From the NCBI RefSeq assembly GCF_009914755.1, contig NC_060926.1: 64,000 nucleotides of DNA; one strand, written 5' to 3'. How positions within the stretch are numbered: position 1 is the stretch's first letter; every line of letters starts with the position of its first letter. This DNA comes from the human T2T-CHM13v2.0 reference genome, Homo sapiens. A program made the position numbers and the translations under genes. Below the pieces are notes generated by a model that saw only the letters and a program-made list of their open reading frames with translations, was not told where the DNA came from and did not search any database. Shown piece after piece: positions 29,418-43,220 of the stretch.

Positions 29418-30630
29418 ATGGGTAAGCTTCCACCTTCCATTCCTCCTTCTTCTCCCTTAGCCTGTGTTCTCAAAAACTTAAAACCTCTTCAATTCACACC
29501 TGACCTAAAACCTAAATGCCTTATTTTCTTCTGCAATGCCGCTTGACTCCAATACAAACTCGACAGTAGTTCCAAATAGCCAGAAAATGGCACTTTGAAT
29601 TTTTCCATCCTGCAAAATCTAAATAATTCTTGTTGTAAAATAGGCAAACGGTCTGAGGTGCCTGATGTCCAGGCATTCTTTTACACATCAGTCCCTTCCT
29701 AGTCTCTGTGACCAGTGCAACTCATCCCAAATCTTCCTTCTTTCCCTCCCGCCTGTCCCCTCAGTACCAACCCCAAGCGTCGCTGAGTCTTTCTAATCTT
29801 CCTTTTCTACAGACCCATCTGACCTCTCCCCTCCTCGCCAGCCCAAGCTAGGTCCCAATTCTTCCTCAGCCTCCGCTCCTCCACCCCGTAATCTTTTTAT
29901 CGCCTCCCCTCCTCACACCTGGTCCGACTTACAGTTTCGTGCTGTGACTAGCCCTCCCCCACCTGCCCAGCAATTTACTCTTAAAAAGGTGGCGGGAGCC
30001 AAAGGCATAGTCAAGGTTAATGCTCCTTTTTCTTTATCCCAAATCAGATAGTGTTTAGGCTCTTTTTCATCAAATATAAAAACCCAGCCCAGTTCATGGC
30101 TTGTTCCGCAGCAACCCTGAGACACTTTACAGCCCTAGACCCTAAAAAGTCAAAAGGCCATCTTATTCTCAAAATACATTTTATTACCCAATCTTCTCCC
30201 GACATTAGAACTCCAAAAATTAAATTCCAGCCCTCAAACCCCACAACAGGATTTAATTAACCTCGCCTTCAAGGTGTACCATAATAGAAAAAAGTTGCAA
30301 TTCCTTGCCTCCACTGTGAGACAAACCCCAGCCACATCTCCAGCACACAAGAACTTCCAAACGCCTGAACCGCAGCTGCCAGGGGTTCCTCCAGAACCTC
30401 CTCCCCCATGAGCTTGCTACATGTGCCGGAAATCTGGCCACTGGGCCAAGGAAGGCCCGCAGCCTGGGATTCCTCCTAAGCCGTGTCCCATCTGTGTGGG
30501 ACCCCACTGAAAATCGGACTGTTCAACTCACCTGGCAGCCACTCCCAGAGCCCCTGGAACTCTGGCCCAAGGCTCTCTGACTGACTCCTTCCCAGATCTT
30601 CTCGGCTTAGCGGCTGAAGACTGACACTGC
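29418..30630 (+). pseudogene. gag: HERV-H gag remnant (stops and deletions)
   Basis: ATG 29418 gives MGKLPPSIPPSSPLACVLKNLKPL then an early TGA; zinc knuckle CYMCRKSGHWAKEG at about 30415-30456 with the last Cys lost. Confidence 0.85.
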
Positions 30631-30659
30631 CCGATCGCCTTGGAAGACCCCTAGACCAT

Positions 30660-32215
30660 CACGGACGCCGAGCTTCGGGTAACTTTCACAGTGGAAGGTA
30701 AGCCCGTCCCCTTCTTAATCAATACGGAGGCTACTCACTCCACATTACCCTCTTTTCAAGGGCCTCTTTCCCTTGCCTCCATAACTGTTGTGGGTATTGA
30801 TGGCCAGGCTTCTAAACCTCTTAAAACTCCCCAACTCTGGTGCCAACTTAGACAATACTCTTTTATGCACTCCTTTTTAGTTATCCCCACCTGCCCAGTT
30901 CCCTTATTAGGCTGAGACACTTTAACTAAATTATCTGCTTCCCTGACTATTCCTGGACTACAGCTATATCTCACTGCCGCCCTTCTTCCCAATCCAAAGC
31001 CTCCTTTGCGTCCTCCTCTTCTATCCCCCCACCTTAACCCACAAGTATAAGATACCTCTACTCCCTCCTTGGCGACCAATCATGCACCCCTTACCATCTC
31101 ATTAAAACCTAATCACCCTTACCCCACTCAACGCCAATATCCCATCCCGCAGCACACTTTAAAAAGATTAAAGCCTGTTATCACTCGCCTGCTACAGCAT
31201 GGCCTTTTAAACCCTATAAACTCTCCTTACAATTCCCCCATTTTACCTGTCCTAAAACCAGACAAGCCTTACAAGTTAGTTCAGGATCTGCGCCTTATCA
31301 ACCAAATTGTTTTGCCTATCCACCCTGTGGTGCCAAACCCATATACTCTCCTATCCTCAATACCTGCCTCTACAACCCATTATTCTGTTCAGATCTCAAA
31401 CCTGCTTTCTTTACTATTGCTTTGCACCCTTAATCCCAGCCTCTCTTCGCTTTCACTTGGACTGACCCTGACACCCATCAAGCTCAGCAAATTACCTGGG
31501 CTGTACTGCCGCAAAGCTTCACAGACAGCCCCCATTACTTCAATCAAGCCCAGATTTCCTCCTCATCTGTTACCTATCTCGGCATAATTCTCATAAAAAC
31601 ACACGTGCTCTCCCTGCCAATCGTGTCCAACTGATCTCTCAAACCCAAGCACCTTCTACAAAACAACAACTCCTTTCCTTCCTAGGCATGCCTTTCTGTC
31701 CAAACAACTTGACCTTACTGTTTTAGCCTAGCCCTCAAGTCTGTGTGCAGTGGCTGCCGCTGCTTTAATACTTTTAGAGGCCCTCAAAATAAGTAGAGGC
31801 CTTTCCTACAGGGTCTGAGAAGGTCACCGCAGTCATTTCTTCCGTTCTGTCAGACATAATTCCTCAGTTTAGCCTTCCCACCTCAGTACAGTCTGATAAC
31901 AGACGAGCCTTTATTAGTCAAATCAGCCAAGCAGTTTTTCAGGCTCTTATTCAGTGAAACCTTTATATCCCTTATGGTCCTCCATCTTCAAGAAAGGTAG
32001 AATGGACTAAAGGTCTTTTAAAAACACACCTCACCAAGCTCAGCCACCAACTTTAAAAGGACTGGATAATACTTTTACCACTTTCCCTTCTCAGAATTCA
32101 GGCCTGTCCTCGGAATGCTACAAGGCACAGCCCATTTAAGCTCCTGTATAGACGCTCCTTTTTATTAGGCCCCAGTCTCATTCCAGACACCAGACCAACT
32201 TAGACTGTGCCTCAA
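30660..32215 (+). pseudogene. pol: HERV-H pro-pol remnant (protease, partial RT, partial integrase)
   Basis: Protease motif FLINTEATHS (catalytic DTG altered); RT SPYNSPILPVLKPDKPYKLVQDLRLINQ in ORF 31069-31587; no YxDD segment seen; integrase QSDN motif at about 31890. Confidence 0.88.
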
Positions 32216-32813
32216 AACAAACAAACAAACAAACAAACAAACTTGTCATCCCTACTATTTTCTGTCTAGTTCATACTCGTATTCACCGTTCTCAACTACT
32301 CATACATGCCCTGCTCTTGTCTACACTGCCAGTTTACACTATTTCTCCAAGCCATCACAGCTGATATCTCCTGGTGCTATCCCCAAACTGCCACTCTTAA
32401 CTCTTGAAGTAAATAAATAATCTTTCCTGGCAGGACTATGGTGAATCTCCTTAAGCACTCTCTAATCAGACATCCTGAGTCGTCCCAATTCTTAGACCTT
32501 TTATACCTGTTTTTCTCCTTCTGTTATTCCATTTAGTTTTTCAATTCATACAAAACCGTATCCAGGCCATCACCAATCATTCTATATGACAAATGTTTCT
32601 TCTAACAACCCCACAATATCACCCCTTACCACAAGACCTCCCTTCAGCTTAATCTCTCCCGCTCTAGGTTCCCACGCCGCCCCTAGTCCCGCTTGAAGCA
32701 GCCCTGAGAAACATCGCCCATTCTCTCTCCATACCACCCCCCAAAAATTTCACCGCCCCAACACTTCAACACTATTTTGTTTTATTTTTCTTATTAATAT
32801 AAGAAGGCAGGAA

Positions 32814-33265
32814 TGTCAGGCCTCTGAGCCCAAGCCAAGCCATCGCATCCCCTGTGACTTGCATGTATACGCCCAGATGGCCTGAAGTAACTGAAGAATC
32901 ACAAAAGAAGTGAATATGCCTTGCCCCACCTTGACTGATGACATTCCACCACAAAAGAAGTGTAAATGGCCGGTCCTTGCCTTAACTGATGACATTACCT
33001 TGTGAAAGTCCTTTTCCTGGCTCATCCTGGCTCAAAAAGCACCCCCACTGAGCACCTTGCGACCCCCCACTCCTGCCCGCCAGAGAACAAACCCCCTTTG
33101 ACTGTAATTTTCCTTTACCTACCCAAATCCTATAAAACGGCCCCACCCTTATCTCCCTTTGCTGACTCTCTTTTCGGACTCAGCCCGCCTGCACCCAGGT
33201 GATTAAAAGCTTTATTGCTCACACAAAGCCTGTTTGGTGGTCTCTTCACACGGACACGCATGAAA
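32814..33265 (+). promoter_or_regulatory. LTR7: 3' LTR7 (452 bp), preceded by polypurine tract 32801-32813
   Basis: aagaaggcaggaa|tgtcaggcctctgag...cacgcatgaaa. Confidence 0.97.
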
Positions 33266-33289
33266 TTTCACAGTCATGAATAGTGATTT

Positions 33290-33510
33290 TTTGGTTTCTG
33301 TTTTTGTGATTAACTTCTGCAAATTTGTCAATGACTTTGTCAGAGTTATTTTTCTTCCCATATTCATGAAGTTTCTATCTATCTTTGATCAAGGAACATT
33401 TTTCATTAATTTTATTTTGAAAGCTTACTTTCACATGAAGGAACAGATTAAAAAAGTAAGAAAAAGCCTTAAACATAAGGATACATTTGGCAGAAATACG
33501 TAAAATCTCA
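33290..33510 (-). mobile_element. hAT (Tip100/Zaphod/Arthur-like) transposase C-terminal dimerisation-domain relic, host of the HERV-H insertion
   Basis: Minus strand reads, with frameshifts, LPNVSLCLRLFLT..SVPSCE..FSK..L.KNV..; DKVIDKFAEV, like the hATC motif SCERSFSKLKLIKN. Confidence 0.65.
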
Positions 33511-35817
33511 TTTCACAATAAATTCCAGAAAATTTAAACACAATAAAAAACTCCGGCAGTCACATAGAATGACAGAATTGAAGTAACTCAAGTTCTGTTT
33601 GTCTTTACCATCGCTGAGCTATCATTGTTTATTTCAATCAATTGTTTGAAAACGGGAATATGTAGTACAGTACCAGGGAGGCTGAGACACGAATTGTGCC
33701 CAAAGCAAGCTTTGTTTTGTACTTACTCTCAAAATAAATGCATGGAGTTAATTCTCTGAATCAACTCCCATGTAGAATGCAATGTTTACTAAGGAAGGCA
33801 CAATTTTAAAAAGTGCTGAGTTGAAGCATACATTTATATTCCTAAAATTCAACTGCAACTTCAGCGATTGTGTAGAACCTAGACCAACAAAACATTTTTT
33901 TTGGTGTTGGGGAGAGCAGTTTATCACTGATATTGTTTAGAATTGCTGGCAGTGGTGATAATAAAAAGCACGCTGGCTTTCAGTGGGTTTTATTATTGTT
34001 TTTAAGTCCCTTCCAGGCCATGGACCCCTTGATTGCCTGCCCTGGGGGGTGGACCCATCTTCTTGCCCTGCCCTTGGGACCACACTGCAGTGGAATTAGC
34101 TTAAATCATTAGCTTAAATGCCTCCTTTGTCATAAAAACATTGGTGATTCCTGCAGTTTTGTGCACTATTTGTGCTAGCTCTTGTGTAGCCTAACATTTC
34201 CGCCTGAATGTTTGCCATTTTGTTCTATTCTGTAACATTGTTTTTGACCTCTAATTTCATTTTGCAATGATCTCAGCACTGGGTTTATCTTTACGAATGA
34301 AATGGTGAGAAACGCTTTGCTGAATCTTCACAACTGGTTCAATCACATGGGACAGTGGAATCAGAGACATGAGGTTGCGGGAACCATTATGGGGTTAGAA
34401 TGGATAAGGGAAAGAGAAAGAAAAAATAGCAGAAGCCATGACTTGCTCTTGTAGGTTTGCTTTGTATGACACTCTTTTTCTTCTGTCACTGCATCAGACA
34501 GATATGTTTAGATACACCATGTATTAATAAATGGTTTCCTCGGTAGGGTTAAAAAGCTCCGGTGCCTGAAATTCTACCTGAAATTCTGGTATCTGAAGTT
34601 CTGTATATTCCTTTAGGTTAAATATTGTTTTCTATCCATGGGCCTTTGTAAAGTAACTACCTCTGGGAGAAGTAACACATCAAATCTTTAACACTTTAGT
34701 ATAAATGAGCATATGAGATTGATTCCTCTATTATCTGATCAGCAGGCTGGGAACCCTTGGTATGCAGTCATGGAGACACCTCTAAACTCAGCCTTGAATG
34801 TATATCTTTGCTTTAAGAAATTCCAACTCCTACTTGGAGGAAAACAACAGAAAAAGACCCCCTCTGTTGATGATAGGTCTGAAGGAACTTCTTATGTAAA
34901 GGATAGCCATATTTTAATTTTATTTCTTTCCCAAGAACAAGAACCTTCTCCTGACCTGCAACACAGCCCCTCACTTTGTCCGTAGAGTGCTGGAGGCTTC
35001 GTGCTATCATTTGTGTCTCATTTTTATTCTATTCACATATGTCTAGGGAGTGGGTCCTTTGAGATTTCTTCTTGGCTCTGCTTCAGGCTCCATAATAGCA
35101 ATGGATCCACATTTCTTAATACAGTGAGGGCAGGTGGCAGCAAGCCAAAGCTGCCTCCGGGTGTATGTGTGCAGGAGTGGTGTTTTCAGCATGCATTGAA
35201 AAATCAGGAGCCAGCCAGGACAAAAGCCCAGAGTGACAGTGTGGCCCTCAGAAGGATGCCTGCACCAAGTTAAAAAAAAAAAATCATTTTTTCTATTGAA
35301 TTCAGTTAAGATTCTGTGCCAGGTTTTGTTCCTAGGAGCATCGTGTATGGGTGCGTGTGTGTGCCCACGTGCACACGGCTAGTTGCTCACACAGCTGCTA
35401 CCTGATAAATCACAGAGGCAGGTTGTAGAAGTTGAACCTGGAGAGTGTTCAGAAGGTGGCTGAGGGTGTGTTCACACAAGGCTATCAAGGGCAAATGAAG
35501 TGGCCCTGACCTTGTTAGTAATTTGTCTCCTCTCAAGGCTTTCAAATATATTTGTGTCATTATATACCCTCAGGACATTCATTAATTGCCTATCTGGATG
35601 ATTCTGTTAATAACATGTATTTATTCCAAACACAAGTTGTTAATAGGAAATACTAAAACAAATGTGAATGTGGAATGTTTTTCGTTATTCTAGAGTATGG
35701 AACCACATATATAAATGTGGTACCACATGCATTCATACTCCATTTCACAAGCCATTGTCCCTCAGTACATGTAATAGTGTTTTCCTAGGAATGTGTGTCT
35801 AATTTAAATAGTTTTAA

Positions 35818-36135
<318 letters not shown>

Positions 36136-36479
36136 TAATCTCTCTAAAAATTTAGAGTTCCGGTTGCAAAACTTTCCTTTCTGCAAAGAATGAGTTAAGA
36201 ATGAGAGGGTCATTGGCCGAGTCATTTTCCCTCTGTGGGCTTAGTAGTCTCATCTATAAAAGAGGGTGAGTGTAATGAAAGATTTCTAAGATCCCTTTTC
36301 AGCTTTATCATTCTGGGTTCTAAAAACTGTTTTGTAGTGTGAATAATCACTTCATAATGTGCCCATCATCTTTTAAAATCTGAGATTTTTACTCTTGGCT
36401 GCCTTAAGAGGGGTTCAACTGAATTGGGACTAGCAGGTTGTCTGAATTCGTTACTCATCTCCTTTATTCTTTTGGGATG

Positions 36480-36700
36480 AAGTGGAACAAGTGTTAAGTG
36501 ATAAAGCTATAAAAGCACACACAGATCAACAGGAAGACAGAGACAGGAAGAGAAGTGGAGACGCGTCAGCATTTTCCCGAGACAGCTTGATCTCGGAAAG
36601 CAGAAGTGGAAGTCCCTGTTGTTGGCTCACAGCTTTAGCGCACTGACCTGTCGGTCACAAGCCTTTCCTGGAACCTGGTGGGTTTCAAATGCAAGTGGCT
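36480..36700. promoter_or_regulatory. Candidate enhancer (ETS/GATA/STAT motif cluster)
   Basis: ACAGGAAG twice, GGAAGT, TGATAA, TTCCTGGAA and several retained CpGs in non-repeat DNA. Confidence 0.35.
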
Positions 36701-39700
36701 GTGCTGCGGGTGTCTGTGCAGGAGAGGAGTCTGTGAACTGTATGAGTTACAGGAGGTTAATCCACACGGTCAATGCTGGGGCAAGGCCCTCCCATCTTCA
36801 CCCTGTGAAATTGTCCCCAAACCAAAACATTCATTGAATGAGTTTTTTCTTAGTATTTCTATTGTGGGAAATTAAAAGCCCTTTCCTTGCTGATGGTAAA
36901 AATTAGGTAATTTTGTGGCATCAGTGGCTTTCGGTAGTGTAAACCTACTCTTGGAGCAAAGGTCTATTGGCTAAGAATATTTATTAATATATTTTGAAGA
37001 GAATTGACACAGGATCAAAGGCTGTTTTATGTATAATCATTTCAAAAACCATAAACCTGTTATTAATTGTTTTAATAACTCTTATATCATCAATAAACAT
37101 ACCTTGGCTATATTTTACCTACATAATTTTGGCTGAATTGATGGGAGTAAATACTACAAAAGTACAGTCTAACCTGGAGTGGGATATACTCCTGAAAATA
37201 CTGTCAAATTTCAGCGTTCTCTAGATACCTCATTATTTATCAAAAGTTAATAATTAGGGATCTAAAGCCACCATATGATATTGTCACAAAAGTGGTAACT
37301 AAACCCCACATCCAGTAACAAGATAATTAAAACCTAAATCTGAATATGGGAGAAAACAGAGTTTAAAGGGAAGTGTGTAGAAGAGGTGCTAGGAAGTTAC
37401 TGAAGGCAAATTCCACTTGCTCAACAATTCTCCTGTGGACCACGGTGGTAGCCATCAGAGTGGGACTGGAAAGACATGGCACACCATATAAATGTTAGCA
37501 GGGCGCTTTCTAAATTGAATATATTTAGTGTCTATTGAACGTTTAGTCTGAGGGTCCATTTCTACCTGCCTGCCTTGAGGTCTTGTTCTCAGTGCTGCTC
37601 AGTCGTGACACATGACAGAGGTGTGGCTGAGATCAGCTAGGACCCCAGCTAACTCTCCTGCTTTTCCCAGCTGCACTCTCAGTAGACCTTTTCTAGTCTC
37701 CCAGGCTTAATTGAAGCTGTTGTTTTGCTCTTGGATCCATTCTTCCTTCAAATCTATGAAAAAACTACTTGAAAGAAGATTGTGAGCTCTTGCTGCTCCT
37801 GATCCCTGAGCAGGAAAGGTGACTCTAATATGATTAATGAGCTCAGCTGGACTTTGCCCCCTGACCTAAGTGATGATGTGGGCTCCCGAGAACATTTAGA
37901 GGAGGAGCAGGAAGAGCTCCAGCATGCTGTGATGTCAGATGCCCTCCTGGAAAGGTCTGGGCCTGGAAGAGGCACTCTATCCCAGCAGGATCCCCTGTCA
38001 GAGTGTGACAGAAACATGCGGAAGGGGACAGCTACCCACCCACTCACCAATAATAATTCCACCCCTCTGCTAGCTATATGTGCCCTCTGATTCAAGGATG
38101 TTCCTGTTAAACATGGTAGCACCTAAATTAATGGGGAAAATGGCTTGAATGGGATACAGAAAGGAGCTTAGCCAAGAGGGAGAACCAGGCGGGAAGGAGA
38201 TGGCCTGAACTGCAACCAGCCGCAGTTCTCAAGCTCAGAAGGGCTGTCATCACCACCCAAACCATGCTGAGATTAGATGGTGGCTGTGACCTTCTTGGTA
38301 AACTGTGTAGTGTTTATTGTATGGATTCAGTTCTTCTCAGTAAGCTTTTCTTTCTTTTAAGAAACATCCCTTCTTGGAGAGGAGAGGTCTTTGAACTGAG
38401 TGGGCACTTGACGCTTGTATTGGCTGTGCCTGGAGATGGTGGCTTGTCTGGGATGAAGGGCTTGAGCAGGGGCTGGATCTAGCCTGCTTGGCTTGCTGAG
38501 CTGCACCTGGCTCAGGACTGGGTCAGCTATGGGAAGGAGCATCTTTGCGGAACTGGTCTGCCTTCTAGTTTGCAGAAAGGCCTCTTAAGGTGCTAGTGGT
38601 ATGTGACCACCATCCCAGGAGGGTCCAGGAGCAATGTGCAGTGCATCCTGGTACCAGCAAGGTAGCTCATGCACATACCTGAATGGAGCCCGTTCCTGTT
38701 TTAGGTTGCTGCTTACCACTCTTGTACCTAAAGAGAAACAAAACCGTGGCCTTCAAGAATTGGGTGAATGACTGTGCTGACCTACTCTGCTCTTGATGAG
38801 ACCTGAGACTCCCTCCAGCATGGACTTAGGGAATAAACCCTCTACCCAGAGACAACTCAGAAGACCTGAGTTTTTGCTCTGACTCCATCTCCAAGAGCAG
38901 TTTTATCTAGGGTGAGCCTTTTAACCCAAACTTTAGAACCTTCATTTCCTTACCTGTAAATGGGGATGAAAATTTTCACATTCAGGGATCGTCCTGAGGA
39001 TTAAACAAAAGAACGCTCTGGCGAACATTTCTGTGAGCTGTAATATCCTGAACAAATGCAAATGTTAGAAGCGATTATTACTTCCTATGCATGCTTAGCC
39101 TCTGATTCACCTCGGGATGGGAAACCAGATGTTCTTGTTTTCTTTGTGCAGTGGCTACTTCAAAGTCTTGCTAAGTCTACTTAATAATGCTGGTGTGGAG
39201 TGAGCCCCAGCATTCTGGAAACAAGGCTGCACCGTGCTCTCTGTTGCTATTTTGTTGTGAGAGACTTCTTTAGAGATAAATAACACTACTCATGGGGACT
39301 TCAGAGAGAATATCTATGTGCTATAAAAAAAAGTTTTACTTTGTGAAGTTCAATATAATATCTTTGTGAAATTTATGAATAAGACTAAACATTTGGGTGA
39401 GACTGAGACAAATGGCAATCTCCTGGGTTGTGTGTTTTTGACCCCACAAGTGCTGCCATCTTTAGCACTCTCAAACTCCTTTCAGACCAACCTCTCTTTT
39501 GAGTCTTTCTCCACGTCCTAATAACCCTCTCGATTTTATTAAAATACTCCATAGGTAGGTCTGAAACTTGGGTGATGGGCAGGTGAAGTATAGATAGCTA
39601 TTAAGCTTAAGAAATTCCCCAACCCCAAAATACCTCTAAAGTATTCCATTGCTAATGACCAAAATTCTGTTATTAGCCATTAATTCCTTTAGATTAAGAA

Positions 39701-39781
39701 AATTATCTCCCTATTAAAATTTAAGTCATCCCTGGAGGAGTAACTTTTAAAAGTGCTATACTTTCATGTGAAGGGCTTTAT

Positions 39782-39985
39782 TCAGGGGATGGGGAACTTT
39801 TTCTGTTAAGGATCAGAAAGTAAATATTTTAGGCATATGGTCCATAAAGTTTCTGTTGCGACTGCTCAGCCCTGTCTTTGTAGGATGAAAGGCAGCCACA
39901 GATGGTACACAGACAAATAAGCATGGCTGTGTTTCTATAAAATTTTATTTAAAACAGCAGGAGGTGGGCTGCTTGTGGCCCCTTG
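39782..39985 (+). mobile_element. MER58A (Charlie-type) DNA transposon
   Basis: cagggg..aactttttctgttaagg..agtaaatattttaggc...gcatggctgtgtttctataaaattttattta. Confidence 0.8.
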
Positions 39986-41461
39986 ACTCAACTGAATCCT
40001 CTCAAAGTGGGCAACCAGCTGAGAGCCAGACAAGGAGGAGGAGAGAAGGAGCATCTTGCATCTAGTGTACCAGAAGGGGAAGTGACCAGTAGGGTGTGAA
40101 GATGTGGAGCAAAGAGCCACGGTGGACCCTCAAAGCCAAGTTTCATAAGAGCTAGTCCTGTTTAGCCATTTAGGCATTTTTTGATGAGTGGAGAATATTT
40201 GACTCAATATGTTTACTACATATATTTCTACACTTTTTTATTTCATGGTGGTGAGGTGACACTTTTTTTCATTCATTTTCATTTGATTTAGTGTATCATT
40301 CTTATTTAGTATATCAATTACGTAGTTACAGGAAAAGGCAGCTGCCATTCTACCATCTAGCATCTTACAGTACTACTCATATTGTAGAAGTTGCTAAACA
40401 TTAAAGGGAAATACTTTTGAATACAAGTAAATTTCAGGCTGTATTATGCTCTCCCCTTCCTCTGTTTGTTTGAACACTCTTTGACAGTTGAATTACATTG
40501 CAGACGGTCTGTGAAGTGAATGGTGGTCTGATTTCCTAGGATCAGTGCATAAAAGAAGCTTTTTCTTTTTTGTCCAGACAGCATTTTATTTCAGGATCAA
40601 TGGTGGCTGATGCATGGTGCTTATTCTTAGTCGTGACATGTTCTTGAAGTAAAAAGAGAATTATTTGTAAGCCTTTGAAGGCCCATTCAGGTGTTGGGCA
40701 CGCGCTGCAGAGCTGGGCTGTGGACCCAGCCCATGGAGGGAGTGAGCATGCATGGTGTCTCAGGAGCGGGGTAGATTTGAGCTAAGACCTTACTTTCTCT
40801 CACCCAGACCCTCCTGTGGCAGTCAGCGCAACATGGAAGACAATAAGTTTGGAATTAGGAATGAAGCCTGCAGCTGCAGGCCAGGCAAGCTGGAATCATA
40901 ACTACAGCCCAAGAAAATGAAAACTGACCACTAGGGTGGGGAGAGGAAGGGCAGTGGGCTTGTTGAATTGATGCTTTCCTTTTTCTCTGAGACAGGCTGG
41001 CTTCTTTCCCCCTTTGGGAATAGGCTCAATGTCTTGGAGACAGTCTAATTACTTTTTATACATTCATAAAGAAGTTTATTTTTGGTAAAGACACTCAAAC
41101 TAGAATATACTTGATTGGTTTACACTGAAAAAGTAATTTGGGACTCATCACTCAAATTGCATTAAAAATGCTGAAATGCATTCCAGTCATTATCTAGTCT
41201 AGCCTACTTCTTACTGTATCAGAGAGATGGAATAACATCCAAATTACTAGTCCTGCATATATTTTATGTTCCTAAATCTGAACTAGTAAGAGAAAAACTC
41301 TCCTTGTTAAAGGGAATGTTAACATTCACTAGGAGGTTTGTACATGGACTCCTCCCCTCCATCTGCAGAGTATTGTCGAGGATCTGAATACAGAAAGGAC
41401 ATAACACCCTTGTGATCTGTGCTAGGCATAGCCAGACCTAGAGGAAAGGGCAGTATTGCAT

Positions 41462-42548
41462 CTGCATCAGTAAGGGGGCTACCAGGGAAGCAGAGGGAAG
41501 CGGAACATAGGGAAGCAGAACCAGCAGGACACACACACACACACCCCCACCCAAGTCAGTTCTTGCTATTCGTGATAGCAGTGTTCTATAAAGCTGTCAC
41601 AAACATTGAAATAGCAAATGCTGAGCCATTGCTCCTAGGGGATCTACAGGGTTAGGTTCCTATGAACCTCTGGTCACAACATTTTCATCAACTGATCAAG
41701 ATATTACCTTGTTTTATGTGTGTTTCTGTTTAAAGACACCTTATTTAATATATACTGTTGATGCATTAACATTGAACTCATGGCCAAAACATTACCACCC
41801 ATGCCTGAATGAAGCTTATCTAACACACGTATTTTCCCTGTGAGGCACATCACAGTCTTCTGGTGCTTAGAAACACCAGACAACACCTCAGCACTACACT
41901 CAAGGGTCATTTTAAACAATGAAATCACCAACAAAAAGCACAAGAATGTGAAAATCATGGCACTAAATGAACTGTGAGAAGGACAGTTGTTTACAGTATG
42001 AGAGCTGAAACATGAAAGTGCTGCCTCAATTGACTTCAGCTGAAAAATTTGTGCATTGGGTGACTTAAACTTTTCACTGCTTTGAGCATGTCTGTGAATG
42101 ATTGCGGAAGCACTGCAAGTATTGGTTTTGGGGTTACAAATGAATTTTAGAAAGTAGGCAAATTTCCAAATACATAATCCATCGATAATGAGGATCAACT
42201 CTACATTACAAAAGTTTTTCAAGAATTGGCTTGTGTGATTGTGGGGACTGACAAGTCTGAAATCTATAGGTCAGGCCCGAGGGCTGGAAACTCTCCCACA
42301 GGAGCTGGAGCTGCAATTGACAGGTGGATTTCTTCTCCTTGGAGAAACCTCAGTTTTTCTCTGAAAACTTTCAACTGATTACATGAGGCCCATAGAAATG
42401 ATCAAGAATAATTCCTTTACTCAAAGTCAGCTGATTGTGGATGTTGATCACATCTACAAAATGCCTTCGCAGCAATACCTAGACTAGTGTTTATTGAACA
42501 ACTGGGTACTATAGTCTAGCTCATTTGACACATAAAACTAACCATCAC
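41462..42548 (-). mobile_element. MLT2 (ERVL) LTR interrupted by MER82
   Basis: gaagcagaaccagcagga(CA)n ... gaattggcttgtgtgattgtgggg...ttgacacataaaactaaccatcaca. Confidence 0.75.
41551..42202. mobile_element. MER82 (Tigger-type) DNA transposon
   Basis: About 650 bp; tgagccattgctcctagggg..acagggttaggttcct; ends gataatgaggatcaact. Confidence 0.8.
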
Positions 42549-43074
42549 AGTACCCAATTTAGAGCTCCTGGAAAGCAGCCGCGGAAGAAATCTTCCCTCT
42601 ATATTTTCCTAGATTACTATGAGAGAGCAGTAGCCCCTCAACCCTGTCTGCTGGCCTGGGTCACAGTGTTTGTTCAGCATACTCTGAGGCTCACTCTGTA
42701 GAGGGACCTTACTCAAAGCACTGACCATAGTGTGGGTGATGAGAGATCCTTTTTTTCAAAGCATTAAAAAGGGGTAGAGACTTAAGCCTCTTCCCTGGAC
42801 TCACCAAATATGACCTTTCTTTTGCCCATTGTTTTGGGCTGTTTTTTGCTGTGAGTCTCTTCCAGTAGCCAGTTGCTCAGCTTCTGCCCTGGAATTAACA
42901 AGAGGACTTTGACTGCTCCCCTGATCAGTGGGGGCTGATGTGTCTTCTCAGCAGTGTTATTGGGCAGTAGCAGTCTTATTGCCCAGGCTGTAGAGTACAA
43001 GGCTTTCTCCTTCCTCTTGGGACCATGATGTTTAGGAGAAAAAGAAGGAGACACCTTAACCTATACTCTATCCC

Positions 43075-43220
43075 CTTGATATTCAAAGTGTGGTGTATAA
43101 GCCAGCAGCAGCAGCATGACCTAAGAATGTGTTAGAGATGTAGAGCCCCAGACCAACTGAATTAGAATCTGCATTTTCTGTGAGACTCATATTCACACAA
43201 AAGTTTGAAAACATACTCTA
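43075..43220. mobile_element. MER5A
   Basis: tcaaagtgtggt...ccagcagcagcagcatgacctaaga...actgaattagaatctgcatttt. Confidence 0.7.

Larger units (their letters stand above)
28094..33265 (+). mobile_element. HERV-H: HERV-H provirus, internally deleted type (5.17 kb), with 5-bp TSD TTTCA (28089-28093 and 33266-33270)
   Basis: Two near-identical LTRs, tRNA-His PBS, PPT, gag/pro/pol remnants and TSD all visible. Confidence 0.98.

Noticed and set aside
28562-29473. 201-aa, 138-aa and 151-aa ORFs in the HERV-H leader
   Set aside because: Open frames in the C-rich, tandemly repeated pre-gag leader common to HERV-H; no evidence of a real product
31069-31587. RT-like ORF as a functional reverse transcriptase
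   Set aside because: Frameshifted after the N-terminal part, no YxDD motif seen, and the upstream protease active site is mutated
41704-42222. 172-aa minus-strand ORF
   Set aside because: Lies almost entirely within the non-autonomous MER82 element
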